Of a DNA stretch of 64,000 bases, positions 18,471 through 28,600 are shown one piece after another. The notes under the pieces were generated by a model. It ran no database searches. It saw only the letters and a program-made list of their open reading frames with translations, and was not told the DNA's origin. The position numbers and the translations under genes were made by a program. This DNA comes from Deltaproteobacteria bacterium (GTDB lineage Bacteria > Myxococcota_A > Polyangia > Polyangiales > Polyangiaceae), in NCBI GenBank assembly GCA_016875405.1, contig VGRJ01000016.1, forward strand, positions 1,128 through 65,127, written 5' to 3'. Numbering within the stretch: position 1 is the first letter of the stretch; every line of letters starts with the position of its first letter.

Positions 18471-19769
18471 ATGGAGCTTCGAGCCGTTCGCGGGATGAAG
18501 GACATCCTGCCCGAGCAAGCCGCTCGATGGCAGCGGCTCGAGCGCACCTTCCGAGAGCTCGTCGGGCGGTACGGTTACGGTGAAGTTCGGACACCGCTCC
18601 TCGAGCCAACCGAGCTGTTCGTGCGCGAGATCGGCGAGGACACCGACGTCGTCTCGAAGGAGATGTACTCGTTCGAGCGTCATGAGGATTCGCTCACGGT
18701 GCGCCCCGAGGGGACCGCGAGCGCGGCGCGCGCCTACGTCCAGCACAACGTCGCCGGCGTCGAGCCGGTGACGCGCTGGTTCTACATAGGCCCGATGTTT
18801 CGCGCGGAGCGGCCGGCCAAGGGCCGGTATCGACAGTTTCATCAAGCTGGCTGCGAGCTCTACGGCGACGTAGGGCCCGCGTCCGATGCCGAGATGATCG
18901 GCATGTGCGCGGAGCTGGTCACCGCGCTCGGAGTCCGCGACTTCGTGATCCACGTCAACTCGATCGGCTCGGGGCCGACGCGCGCGCGCTACCGAGACGA
19001 GCTCACGCGCTTCTTCGAACCCCACCGGGCAGCGCTCAGCGAGGACTCGCAGCGTCGCCTCGCCACCAACCCGCTCCGCATCCTCGACTCGAAGGACCCG
19101 CGCGATCGCGAGCTCGCGGCGACCGCCCCGAGCGTCGTCGACGTGCTCGCCGAGGAAGACGCAAAGCACTTCGACGGCCTCCGCCGTCACCTCGATGCGC
19201 TCGCGGTGCCCTACCACGTCGACCCGCGACTCGTTCGTGGTCTCGACTACTACACGCGAACCTTGTTCGAGCTGAAGATCACGACGGGGGAGCTCGGCGC
19301 GCAGGACGCGCTGCTCGGCGGCGGCCGCTACGACGACATGATCGGCAACCTGGGTGCGAAGCGCCCCGTCCCCGCGATTGGCTTCGCGATGGGCATCGAG
19401 CGGATCCTCGAGGTGACCGCGCGCGAGGAGGCCCGCATCGGTCCGGCCTGTTACTTCGCGCCGATGAGCGAGGAGGCCACGACGCGCGCGCTCCTCCTCG
19501 CGCAGAACCTCCGCCAGTCTGGTCACTGGTGCGAAGTCGACGGCCGCGGCCTCAGCGTCAAGGCGATGCTCCGACGCGCCGACGGCCTCGCCTCGCGGCT
19601 CGCGGCGCTGCTCGGAGCCGACGAGCTCGCAACAGGCACCGTCACGCTGAAGGACCTCGGCCGTCACGAGCAGGAGCGCGTCCCGACGACGCAACTCGCA
19701 GAGGCGGTCGCGCGTCGCCTCGCCATGCCTCCCCTCGCTGCGGAAGAGAAGGCGGTCGACCGGGGATGA
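18471..19769 (+). CDS. hisS: Histidine--tRNA ligase
   Basis: MELRAVRGMKDILP start. Class II motifs are present (FRAERPAKGRYRQFHQ; GGGRYDDM; GFAMGIERI), with an anticodon-binding C-domain. Confidence 0.95.
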   Translation: MELRAVRGMKDILPEQAARWQRLERTFRELVGRYGYGEVRTPLLEPTELFVREIGEDTDVVSKEMYSFERHEDSLTVRPEGTASAARAYVQHNVAGVEPVTRWFYIGPMFRAERPAKGRYRQFHQAGCELYGDVGPASDAEMIGMCAELVTALGVRDFVIHVNSIGSGPTRARYRDELTRFFEPHRAALSEDSQRRLATNPLRILDSKDPRDRELAATAPSVVDVLAEEDAKHFDGLRRHLDALAVPYHVDPRLVRGLDYYTRTLFELKITTGELGAQDALLGGGRYDDMIGNLGAKRPVPAIGFAMGIERILEVTAREEARIGPACYFAPMSEEATTRALLLAQNLRQSGHWCEVDGRGLSVKAMLRRADGLASRLAALLGADELATGTVTLKDLGRHEQERVPTTQLAEAVARRLAMPPLAAEEKAVDRG

Positions 19770-21499
19770 AGGCCTCGTCCTCCGGGCTCGTCGCTCCCCT
19801 CGCGGGGTTGGCTTTTACGGTGACGCTGACCTCGAGCACCGCGCATGCCCAGTCGCCGATGGATCCCTCGTCCGGCGCGGGGGGGATCCCGGGCGCGCTC
19901 CCCGCAGCATCCCAGCCGAAACAGGGCGCGTCGGCACAGCAGCAGCTCGACCTCGGCGGTGCCGCCTCGGGCGGAGATCGACCCTCGCAGCTCCCGACGC
20001 AGCAAGCGCAGCTCCCCGAGGACCCCAACGCCATCCCGCCATCGCTCGCGCCATCGCTCGTCAGCGACTTCGACCCGGAGGCCCATGACCTCGCGCGAGA
20101 ACGAACGACGAAGTACCGCTTCTTTGGCGGCTACTACGACGAAGAGAGCGGCAACTACCGCCTTCGCTCGACCATCCCGCCGCTGTGGATGGAGCGGACG
20201 CAGAAGGTCCCGGGCGGCGTCGACCGCGCGTCGCTGTTCGGACTCCTCTACTTCAACCGGCGAAGCCCGCTCCACGATTCGGACATCCTCTTTCCGTTCT
20301 TCTGGAGGATGCGGGACGACAAGACCACGACGACCGTGGTCGGTCCCGTCATGCACCGGGAGGGCCCCGAGGGGCACGACAACTGGGTCGCCCCACTGTT
20401 CTTCGAGGGCGCACGCAAGGACGGCAGTTCGTACCTGCACATCCCGCCGCTCCTGACGTTCCACGATCGCGATCGCGAGGGCGGCTTCTCGATGGTAGGG
20501 CCCGCCTTCTGCTCGTGGAAGGGCGGCGCCTTCTGCGACGGTCGCACGGCTCGCAAGGTCGACCTCGGCATCGCCCCGCTCTACTTCTACGGTCGCGACG
20601 AAGACAGCGAGTACGAGGTCATCCCGCCGCTGCTCCACTATTACCGCTACGCCGAGCGCGGCGAGCGCATGCTCGATGTCTGGGGCCCGTTCTGGCGTGA
20701 GCGCTTCCGCGGGGGCGGTTCCGTCAACGTCGCGCCCTTCTTCTTCCACGCCTGGGGCGAGCGCGGATTCCGCACCACGGTCTTCCCGTTCGTTCATTAC
20801 AGCGAGAACGAGGGTGATCGACTCCTCGCGACGCCGCTCTTCTTCGATCGAAAGGGCGCGGACGGGAGCCACACGTTCGGCACCTACCTCTACGCGCGTC
20901 ACCGAGGACGCACCGAGCTCGACATGTACACGCCGCTCGTCTGGCTGTACCGCGATCCGGACATTCAACAAGACACGTTGGGCGTGTTCCCGTTCTTCTA
21001 CAAGAACACCTCGAACCGCAGCGACGACCTCGCCGTCTTCCCCTTCTATGGGCACTTCAAGCGCCATGGCATCTCTGACAGCCACTGGGTGACGCCGCTC
21101 TTCAACTACGAGACGAATGTGACCGGCTGGAGCACGAAGGTGCTGCCCATCTTCTACGCCGGCCGCGAGAACGACTCGACGCACTTTGTGTTCGCGCCGC
21201 TCGTGTGGGACTTCGCGTCCCCCCGCTCGCGACAGACCGTCGTCTTTCCGGTCTTCTGGCGCTTCGCCGATCAAAAGGGCGTGACCCAAGTCATCGGCAA
21301 CACGGTCTATCTCGAAGAGAAGACCTCGCGCGGCACCGAGTGGCAGTTCCACCTCTTCCCGCTGCTCTCGTTCGGCGCGACTCCCGACGGCCACTGGTGG
21401 AACCTGCTCTACGGTCTCGCCGGCTACACCCGCGAGGGGACGATGGCGAAGATGCGCCTCGGGTACGTCCCGATCACGCTGTCCCCCAAGTTGCGCTGA
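19766..21499 (+). CDS. Secreted repeat protein (about 19 aromatic-Pro 'xPhFF' repeats), unknown family
   Basis: ATG at 19766 overlaps the hisS stop (ATGA). Signal peptide is MKASSSGLVAPLAGLAFTVTLTSSTAHA-QS. A Gln/Pro-rich linker is followed by repeats such as LFPFFWR, VAPLFFE, IPPLLHY, VAPFFFH, VFPFVHY, TPLVWLY, VFPFFYK, VFPFYGH, FAPLVWD, VFPVFWR and LFPLLSF. Confidence 0.8.
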   Translation: MKASSSGLVAPLAGLAFTVTLTSSTAHAQSPMDPSSGAGGIPGALPAASQPKQGASAQQQLDLGGAASGGDRPSQLPTQQAQLPEDPNAIPPSLAPSLVSDFDPEAHDLARERTTKYRFFGGYYDEESGNYRLRSTIPPLWMERTQKVPGGVDRASLFGLLYFNRRSPLHDSDILFPFFWRMRDDKTTTTVVGPVMHREGPEGHDNWVAPLFFEGARKDGSSYLHIPPLLTFHDRDREGGFSMVGPAFCSWKGGAFCDGRTARKVDLGIAPLYFYGRDEDSEYEVIPPLLHYYRYAERGERMLDVWGPFWRERFRGGGSVNVAPFFFHAWGERGFRTTVFPFVHYSENEGDRLLATPLFFDRKGADGSHTFGTYLYARHRGRTELDMYTPLVWLYRDPDIQQDTLGVFPFFYKNTSNRSDDLAVFPFYGHFKRHGISDSHWVTPLFNYETNVTGWSTKVLPIFYAGRENDSTHFVFAPLVWDFASPRSRQTVVFPVFWRFADQKGVTQVIGNTVYLEEKTSRGTEWQFHLFPLLSFGATPDGHWWNLLYGLAGYTREGTMAKMRLGYVPITLSPKLR

Positions 21500-21549
21500 C
21501 CGCCGCGGAGCGCCAAGCGCGGCCACGGCTCGCCAGTCGACAACGCAGC

Positions 21550-23010
21550 TCAGTCGTCGGCAGACGACGCGAAGCTCGCGAGCGCCATCACGATGCCGAT
21601 GCCCGCAGCGAGCGCTCCGATCCAACGAACGCGGATGCCAGCGACCGCGAGCGGCCCTCCCGGTTGCCTCATCACGACGTCGAGCGCGACGAGCGCGAGG
21701 GCGAGCGCGAGGAACACACCCGCTGTCGCGAGCCAGCTGCGGCCCTTGGACGACACGACCTTTGGCGCCGCCGGCCGCTGCGCGAGCGGACGAGCCGCAG
21801 GTGCCGCATTCGTCATCGGTCGAGCCACCGCAGCGGTCGCGGCGGGTCGCTCGTCCTCCATCTCGAAGCGCATCGCGACCTCGGCGGACGCGGGCTCATG
21901 CGTCGCCGGGGCCACCGACCGCGGCGCGGCTGCCACCACCACCCTCGGGGCGGTCGCACCGGGTCCCGAATCGTCGACGCTCCTGGGGCCTGGCGTGAGG
22001 TCGAGGTCGGGCGCTGAGAGGGTCAGGTGCTTGGGTGGAGGCGTCCCGACGGCGCGCTGCGCGTCCCCCGCCGCGATGGCCCGCGTGAGGTCCCCCCAGA
22101 ACGTCGGCACGTCGGCGTAGCGACCCTTTGGATCGATGGCGAGCGCCCGCGCGAAGACCTCCTCGATCGCGTCGGAGACGACGGCACCCGCGGTGCGAGG
22201 CGTGGGCCGACGATTCGGGTCGAGCGTGCTACTTAGCATCGCCCGAAGACTGCCTTCGATCGGGGGGCGGCCCGTGATGCACTCGACCAGAGTGATCGCC
22301 ATCGCCCACACGTCCGTCCACGCGCCCGTCGCGCCATACGACTTTGGGTCCCATTGCTCTGGCGCGCCATAAGCCGGCGTGAAGGAGCGCAAGGTCTCGC
22401 TGTCCGTCACCTTGCCGGCCGCGCTCTGTGACAATTCCCTCACGCGCGCGATCCCGAAGTCGAGGAGCTTCGCGCGAACCGCGCCGTGGTCTGGGATGAG
22501 GATGTTCTCGGGCTTCAGATCGCAGTGCGCGATCGAGAGCGTCGCCCCACCGGGAACCTCGAAGCGATGAGAGCGCTCGAGCGCCTGCGCGACCGGGGTA
22601 AGCATCGCGACGGCCTCGCTCAGGCTGAGCGGCGGCTGCTTGGAGTTCTCACGCTCGTTCAGGATCGCATCGAGCGGCGTACCGTCAACCCACTCCATCG
22701 CGAGATACGGCATCAGCCGCCCGCACGGAAGCACCACGACATCGGCGTGGAGCGGACGCACGACCTCTGGGATCTGCGCCGAGAGGTGAAAGAGCGTCTC
22801 GGCTTCCTCGCGAAAGTTCTCGACGAACGCCGCCTGAACCTTTTCGCTCAGCATACCGGGGATCTTCAAGCACTTCAGCGCGACCTTCGCCCGGAACGCG
22901 ATGTGCTCGGCGCGGTACACGACGCCGAAGCCACCCTCGGCGATGACCTCCTCGACGAGGAACGCGCCAGAGAGCGTCGTTCCGGTGATTTCAAAGATGT
23001 CCGCGACCAA
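21550..23010 (-). CDS. Hanks-type Ser/Thr protein kinase with C-terminal membrane anchor
   Basis: GxGxxG (AEGGFGVVY), VALK, HCDLKPENILI, DFG and APEQ. A Pro/Ala-rich linker is followed by two C-terminal TM helices. The start is TTG at 23010. Confidence 0.9.
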   Translation of the reverse strand: MVADIFEITGTTLSGAFLVEEVIAEGGFGVVYRAEHIAFRAKVALKCLKIPGMLSEKVQAAFVENFREEAETLFHLSAQIPEVVRPLHADVVVLPCGRLMPYLAMEWVDGTPLDAILNERENSKQPPLSLSEAVAMLTPVAQALERSHRFEVPGGATLSIAHCDLKPENILIPDHGAVRAKLLDFGIARVRELSQSAAGKVTDSETLRSFTPAYGAPEQWDPKSYGATGAWTDVWAMAITLVECITGRPPIEGSLRAMLSSTLDPNRRPTPRTAGAVVSDAIEEVFARALAIDPKGRYADVPTFWGDLTRAIAAGDAQRAVGTPPPKHLTLSAPDLDLTPGPRSVDDSGPGATAPRVVVAAAPRSVAPATHEPASAEVAMRFEMEDERPAATAAVARPMTNAAPAARPLAQRPAAPKVVSSKGRSWLATAGVFLALALALVALDVVMRQPGGPLAVAGIRVRWIGALAAGIGIVMALASFASSADD

Positions 23011-23185
23011 GTCGACTCTTTTCTCGACCCGCGGAGCATAGCCGACACCTCAGCTCGCATGGTTCTCGAACCCACCTCATCACAACTCGCCTTCTGGAAG
23101 CCCAAAACACCGCGGCGACGTGCTAGATGGGCTCGCGAGTCGACGCGTCGCGCGCGCTCACACGCACCGGAGAGGAACGAACGAC

Positions 23186-24385
23186 ATGAAGAAGCTCGCT
23201 CGAGAGATCGTCATCGTGGGCGCGAAGCGCACCGCGTTCGGCACCATGGGAGGCGCGCTGAAGACGCACTCCGCGAATGACCTGGCGGTCCACGCCGCGA
23301 AGGCTGCGCTCGCGCAGAGCGGAGTCGCGGCGGCAGACATCGGGCACGTCGTCGTCGGCAACGTCATGCAGACGAGCGCCGATGCCATCTACTGCGCGCG
23401 CCACGTCGGCCTGAAGGCCGGCATCCCGATCGAGGTCCCGGCGCTCACGGTCAACCGGCTGTGCGGCTCGGGCTTCGAGGCCGTGATCCAAGGGGCGCAG
23501 CAAATCCTCCTCGGCGATGCGGAGGCGGTGCTCGTCGGCGGCACCGAGAACATGAGCCAGGCCCCCCACATCCTCCGTGGCGGACGCGACGGCTACGCGT
23601 TTGGCAAGGCTCCCGCCCTCGAGGACTCGCTCTGGAGCGCGCTCACCGACAGCTACTGCAACGCGCCGATGGCCATCACGGCAGAGAACCTGGCGGTCAA
23701 GTACGGGATCACGCGCGACGATTGCGACGCCTACGCGCTCCAGACCCAACAGCGCTGGGCCAAGGCGCAAGAGGAAGGCGCCTTCGGCGACGAGATCGCA
23801 CCCATCGAGCTCCCCGGCAAGAAGGGCGCCCCTCCGACGAGCTTTGCGACCGACGAGCACCCCCGTCCGAAGTCGACGACCGAGACGCTCGCCAAGCTTC
23901 CCACGGTCTTCAAGAAGGACGGCGTCGTGACAGCGGGCAACGCGAGCGGGATCTGCGACGGCGCCGCGATGCTGGTGCTCACGTCGGCGGAGTACGCCAA
24001 AGAGCGCGGCCTGACGCCGCTTGCGCGGCTCGTGTCATGGGGGACGGCGGGCGTCGATCCGACGCTGATGGGGATCGGCCCTGCCTACGCTATCCCAAAG
24101 GCGCTCGAGCGCGTCGGTCTCGCCATGAGTGACGTCGATCGCTTCGACGTCAACGAGGCGTTCGCGCCGCAGTGGCTCGCGGTCGCGAAGCACCTCGAGA
24201 TGCCAATGGACCGCTCGAACGTGTGGGGCGGCGCGATCGCGCTCGGACACCCGCTCGGCGCGTCCGGGGCGCGCATCACCGCGAGCCTCGTCTACCAGCT
24301 CCGCCGCGCGTCGAAGCGCATCGGGGTCGGGAGCGCATGCATCGGCGGCGGCCAAGGCTCGGCCGTCGTCCTCGAAGCCGTGTGA
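23186..24385 (+). CDS. Acetyl-CoA C-acetyltransferase (thiolase II)
   Basis: ATG at 23186 follows GGAGAGGAA. Motifs: VNRLCGSG (active Cys), NEAFA, GGAIALGHPLGASG and CIGGGQG. Confidence 0.95.
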   Translation: MKKLAREIVIVGAKRTAFGTMGGALKTHSANDLAVHAAKAALAQSGVAAADIGHVVVGNVMQTSADAIYCARHVGLKAGIPIEVPALTVNRLCGSGFEAVIQGAQQILLGDAEAVLVGGTENMSQAPHILRGGRDGYAFGKAPALEDSLWSALTDSYCNAPMAITAENLAVKYGITRDDCDAYALQTQQRWAKAQEEGAFGDEIAPIELPGKKGAPPTSFATDEHPRPKSTTETLAKLPTVFKKDGVVTAGNASGICDGAAMLVLTSAEYAKERGLTPLARLVSWGTAGVDPTLMGIGPAYAIPKALERVGLAMSDVDRFDVNEAFAPQWLAVAKHLEMPMDRSNVWGGAIALGHPLGASGARITASLVYQLRRASKRIGVGSACIGGGQGSAVVLEAV

Positions 24386-24402
24386 CGGAGTCGCGCGAGC
24401 AG

Positions 24403-24438
24403 CGCCGAGCTCGCCCGATTTGCGAGGTGGGCTCGGCG
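24403..24438. terminator. Extended GC-rich hairpin between convergent genes (possible bidirectional terminator, no U-tract)
   Basis: cgccgagc (24403-10) pairs with gctcggcg (24431-38). An inner stem tcgc/gcga sits around the loop ccgattt. The hairpin lies between the thiolase stop (24385) and the esterase-like stop (24447). Confidence 0.35.
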
Positions 24439-24446
24439 TGGGCGCG

Positions 24447-25547
24447 TCACGGCTCCGGCAGCGCGAGGCTGTAACGCCCGAGGTAATCGAGCAGCGCGCG
24501 CTCCTTGCCTTTGGGCCAGCGGCGATGGTTCTGCTCGCCCTTCTCTTTTCCGCATCGTGACGCGTCGAGCGAGCACGCCGGCTCAACCTGATTGCTTATG
24601 CCGAGACGCAGCCCGAGCGTCGGGGCGCGCGCCTGCTCGCGAGCAAGGAGCCACTGCTCGACGTCGAGGCACGAGGTCACCGAGTCACACGCGCGGTAGA
24701 CGATGACCGCCGGGGGCGGCTCCACGGGACACGTCCAGCGCAGCGTCGAGGCGTCGCCGGCGACCGATGCGAACGCCGCGACGCGGTCGGGCCGTGACAT
24801 GGCGTAGAGCGCCGCCATCTCGCCCCCGCGCCCGGCGCCCATCGCGTACACGCGTCGTCGGTCGAGCCAGCCGCGCTTCTCGAGGACCTCGACGAACCGA
24901 TCCGTGGTGCGGACGTCGGTGTTCTCGTCCGAGACGAACCGCGCGTCGAACGCGACGTGGCGCTCGAGGCGGCGCGCCTGCGGCGCAAGGACGATGAAGC
25001 CTCGGCGGTCGGGAGCCGTGCCGAAGTCGTACTCATTGGCGAGGTCGCGGAGGGCAGTCTCGCGCGAGACCTTCGCCGGGGTCTCGTCGTGCGCGTGAAA
25101 GAACACGACGAGCGGCAGTGGGACTCGCTGCTCGATGGCATCCGGCCGAAAGACGCACGCGTAGCGAGGCGTACTGCCTTCGTCGGCGAGCTCGAGGACC
25201 TCGGCGCCACGGCATGCCGGGCGCCTGGCACGCCGCTCGTCGAGCCGCGCCGCCTCGCCCGACGGAGCGAGGCAAGGCCCCTTGACGGGCTCTCGTCGGG
25301 CGATGGGAGCCGTCGCTTCCGGTGCGGTCGAAGCGCTCGCCGAAGGCGAAGGAGGGGTCGAGGACGGCGCCGAGGCGCTCGGTGAGGACGAAGCGCTCGT
25401 CGACGCCGATGCCGACGGCTCGGGTGCCCTCGCGGAGCGATCGAAGACCCCGCGGAGATCCTCGGCGTCGCGCCGCTCCGAGCCACAGGCGCCCAGCAAG
25501 AGGGGCGCGCCGCACGCGAGCCTGACGAGGACGGAACTGCACTTCAA
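24447..25547 (-). CDS. Alpha/beta-hydrolase fold lipoprotein, PHB-depolymerase/LpqC-esterase-like, nucleophile position apparently Gly
   Basis: Proposed TTG start at 25547 gives (M)KCSSVLVRLACGAPLLLGACGS. A Ser/Pro/Ala linker follows. Esterase-like core: LPLVVFFHAH.., RRVYAMGAGRGGEMAALYA. The upstream 209 codons of the 575-aa ORF are Arg-rich and overlap the divergent gene. The start is uncertain. Confidence 0.65.
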   Translation of the reverse strand: MKCSSVLVRLACGAPLLLGACGSERRDAEDLRGVFDRSARAPEPSASASTSASSSPSASAPSSTPPSPSASASTAPEATAPIARREPVKGPCLAPSGEAARLDERRARRPACRGAEVLELADEGSTPRYACVFRPDAIEQRVPLPLVVFFHAHDETPAKVSRETALRDLANEYDFGTAPDRRGFIVLAPQARRLERHVAFDARFVSDENTDVRTTDRFVEVLEKRGWLDRRRVYAMGAGRGGEMAALYAMSRPDRVAAFASVAGDASTLRWTCPVEPPPAVIVYRACDSVTSCLDVEQWLLAREQARAPTLGLRLGISNQVEPACSLDASRCGKEKGEQNHRRWPKGKERALLDYLGRYSLALPEP

Positions 25548-25662
25548 GGCCGGGTTCTCGGGTGGGGACTTGAACCCGCCCGCGCCGTCGAAGCAATCGT
25601 TCTCGTGCGCGCTCGCGCGGTCGTCGGTGCGGCGCGCCCGAGGTATGGAATACTCGTACACG

Positions 25663-28600
25663 ATGCGCTTACGGTTCGTCGCGTTTCTCGCTGCCGTCCT
25701 CGGCTCGCTCATCGGGTGCGCACCACGCGTCTCCTCGACCGCCACCGCGGTTCGCGCGTGCGCGGGCCCGACGGCGCGCACTTGCGAAGGTCGCGCGATC
25801 GCCGAGGTGATGCGCGAGGGCGTGGCCCCCGAGGTCCGCCGACAGCGCCTCCGACGAGAGCTCTCGAAGCTCGACGAGAGCCTCCCCCGCGCGGCGTTCG
25901 GGCCGTTCTTCGACTCGCTGGTCCGCGCGTCGACGACCACGGTCGTCGTGAGGCTCGACGGCGCACCTTGCGCGCCCTGCGCCGGCGTCGCGAAGACGGC
26001 TCCGGCCGGCGCGCTCTCGGTCATGGACGGCCCGCCCGAGCTCGTCGCGTCGAGCCCCGAGCCGTGGCGTCTCCTCGCCGCGCTCGCCCGCGCCGCCGAG
26101 ATCGAAACCCTCGTCATCGTAGACGGTCCCTCCGCGCAGCTCATTTTCGCGCGCGATCCGCTGCGCCCCTTCATGGCCGGCGCCTCGCCGCACGTGCGCG
26201 TCGCCGTCGCCTCGCTCTCACGAGCGCTTGCGCTAAGTCAATTCGTCACCCAGGCCCTGGAGGCCGCGGGGCGCCGCGATTACCCGACCACCGCCGAGCG
26301 GGCCGAGGAGCTTCGCCTCATGCTCGCCACGGGAGACGAGGACGAGGCTACGGTCCGCGCACGCGACGCGGTCGCCGCGCTCGAGCTCGCGGGGGTCACG
26401 CTCGAGCGTCCGACCGCGATGACGGAGACGGAGCCCGCAAGGGCGCTCCCGACCTGGTCCCCCTCGAGCGCCTACGCGGCGCTTGGCCTCGTCCGCGCAC
26501 ACGGGCGCGAGCATCCAGATCTCTTCGCGAGGTACCGACCGCTCTTCGAGCGAGAGCTCGAGGCGGCGCGGTTCGCCGTGCTCGAGCGGCGCTACTCCTC
26601 GGCTCCTCCTTGCGTCGACTCGCCCCCGCTCCCGTTCGACCAGCCCGAAGACCTCATCGGGCTCCCGCTGCTCGCCGAGGCACTGGACCCGAAGGCCGGG
26701 CCAGGGCGCGCGCCCCGACCGGGAAAGCTCGCGCTCACGGACTGGCTCGGCCGCTACGAAGCCGCGCTCCGACTGGTCGAACGCGAGCACCTCGGCTGGC
26801 ACGCGCACACGCCGCTCCTCGGAGAGCGTGGCGGGGGCGCGGGCTTCGCGGTCGAGGGCTCGGACTCGTGGCGACGAACCACCGCGCTCGCCGACGCTCA
26901 CGCGCGCGCGCTCGAGCACCTCTCGCTTCGTCACCCCGCGCGCTTCGCGCCCTTCTCGCTCGGTGCGCTGGCGCTGATGCCCGGAGTCGCCGCGGATCCG
27001 GCGCTTCGGCGCACCATCGCCGAGAGCTTCGCCGCGGCCCTCGGACGAAAGCTTCGCGCGGCCCCTGACACCGAGTCCCTCCTCACCGCGATACTCCTCG
27101 CCGGCGTCATGGCGATGAACGCGCCCGGGTACGTGCAGGGGGCCGAGCTCTCGGCGGTCGCGACGACGCTCGACGCGCGGCTCGAGGGCGACCTCGCCAA
27201 CGCGCGGGGTTGGTCGGCAGGCATGCTCCACGCGGGACGCGCCCTCGCTCGGCTCGCGCTCGGTGTCCCGCGCCCCTTCGAGGACCTCGGCCCGGCGCTC
27301 GATCGCGCGCTCGCCGGGGAGGACCTCCGCTACCCGGTGTTCGGAGACCTGACGCGCGTCGCGGTGGCCTACGCGTCGCTCGCGGCGAGCGACAAGCTCG
27401 ACCTTACGATCGCGAACCCGCGCCTCTACTCGACGGAGCGGAGCGCGGCCCGCGAGCGACTCGCGACCACCCTTCGTCGTCTCGACCCAGCCGGCCCCTC
27501 GTCGCCGCTGGACGAGGATTTGCTGCTGTCGTTGACGGATTACGGGGATGCCCTGCTCGGCGTCGTGGTCGGTTCGATGCGCGAGCCTCAGGCCTCGACG
27601 GCGACCTGCGAAGGGAAGCCGAAGTCGCGGAGCGCACCGGTGCGCGACGCCCTCGATCGAGCCCAGAAGAAGCGTCGACTCCTCGAGCGAGTACCAGCCA
27701 TGCGCGAGAGCGGCGGCAGCTGGTCACGACGAGCGAGGCTCGTCGCGTTGCTCCTCTCGGACCTCCACGACCTCGTCGAACCACCCTCGAAGCCCGACGC
27801 GCCGCGCTTCTCGCTCCCGACCTCGGATGCGGAGCGGATCGTGGCCGAAGCGTTCGCCGGATGGCTCGAGGGCCCAGCCATCGAGGCCGGCGCTAGCCTC
27901 TACAAGCTGGCGCGAGCGGTCGTCTCCGGGAGCGGCGTCCCATCGGGCGCGGCGCTCCTCGCGGACGGCAAGCGCGCGGTCGCGGCGCTCGGCAGGCTGT
28001 TCGGCGACGGCAAACAGACCTCCCTCTTCCGCTTCGTGAGCGAGGCCCTGGACTCGCCCGCGGTGGTCGCCGACCTCACGAGGGACGCCCTCACCGGACG
28101 CAGCAGCGAGGTCTTCGTCACCCTGGCCGCACGCGCGTACGCGACTGGCCTCGTCGAGCAGGGAGACGTGCTCCTCCTCGTCGCGTCGGCGATCTCGGGC
28201 GCGCGCGAAGGCAGCGCACCGGAGTCCGCCATCGCGCTCGCGGAGAAGTACGATCGAACCGTCGCGCTCCCACTCGTCGCGCGGTCCGCGACCGTACAGG
28301 GCGGGCGCGACCCTGCACGGCTCGAGCGGAGCTACCAGCGCGCCACGCGTGGCGTGTGCCGCGCTCCCGAAGCGTCGGGCATCTTCGACGTCGAGCGCGC
28401 ACTCGGAGACTTCCGACGAGGCGATCGCCGCGGCGCGGTCCAAAGGCTCCTCGCGCTCCTCGATCGCAACGAGGCAGAGGGGCTCGTCGTCCCACGGCAG
28501 ACCTTCTCGTATCGGGAGACGAGCGGGCGCGTCGTGTTCAAGCTCGACCTCGGCAGCGCCCTCGCCGTCGACCTCCTCGACAGTCCTGGCATCTTGAACC

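Noticed and set aside
18905-19765. First 287 codons of the 864-aa ORF 18905-21499(+).
   Set aside because: The stretch lies in an alternate frame of hisS and translates to Arg/Pro-rich sequence. A clean signal peptide starts at ATG 19766, overlapping the hisS stop.
25548-26174. N-terminal 209 codons of the 575-aa ORF 24447-26174(-).
   Set aside because: The translation is Arg/Ser/Ala-rich without features and overlaps the start of the divergent 1430-aa lipoprotein gene. A lipoprotein signal peptide begins at the internal TTG at 25547.
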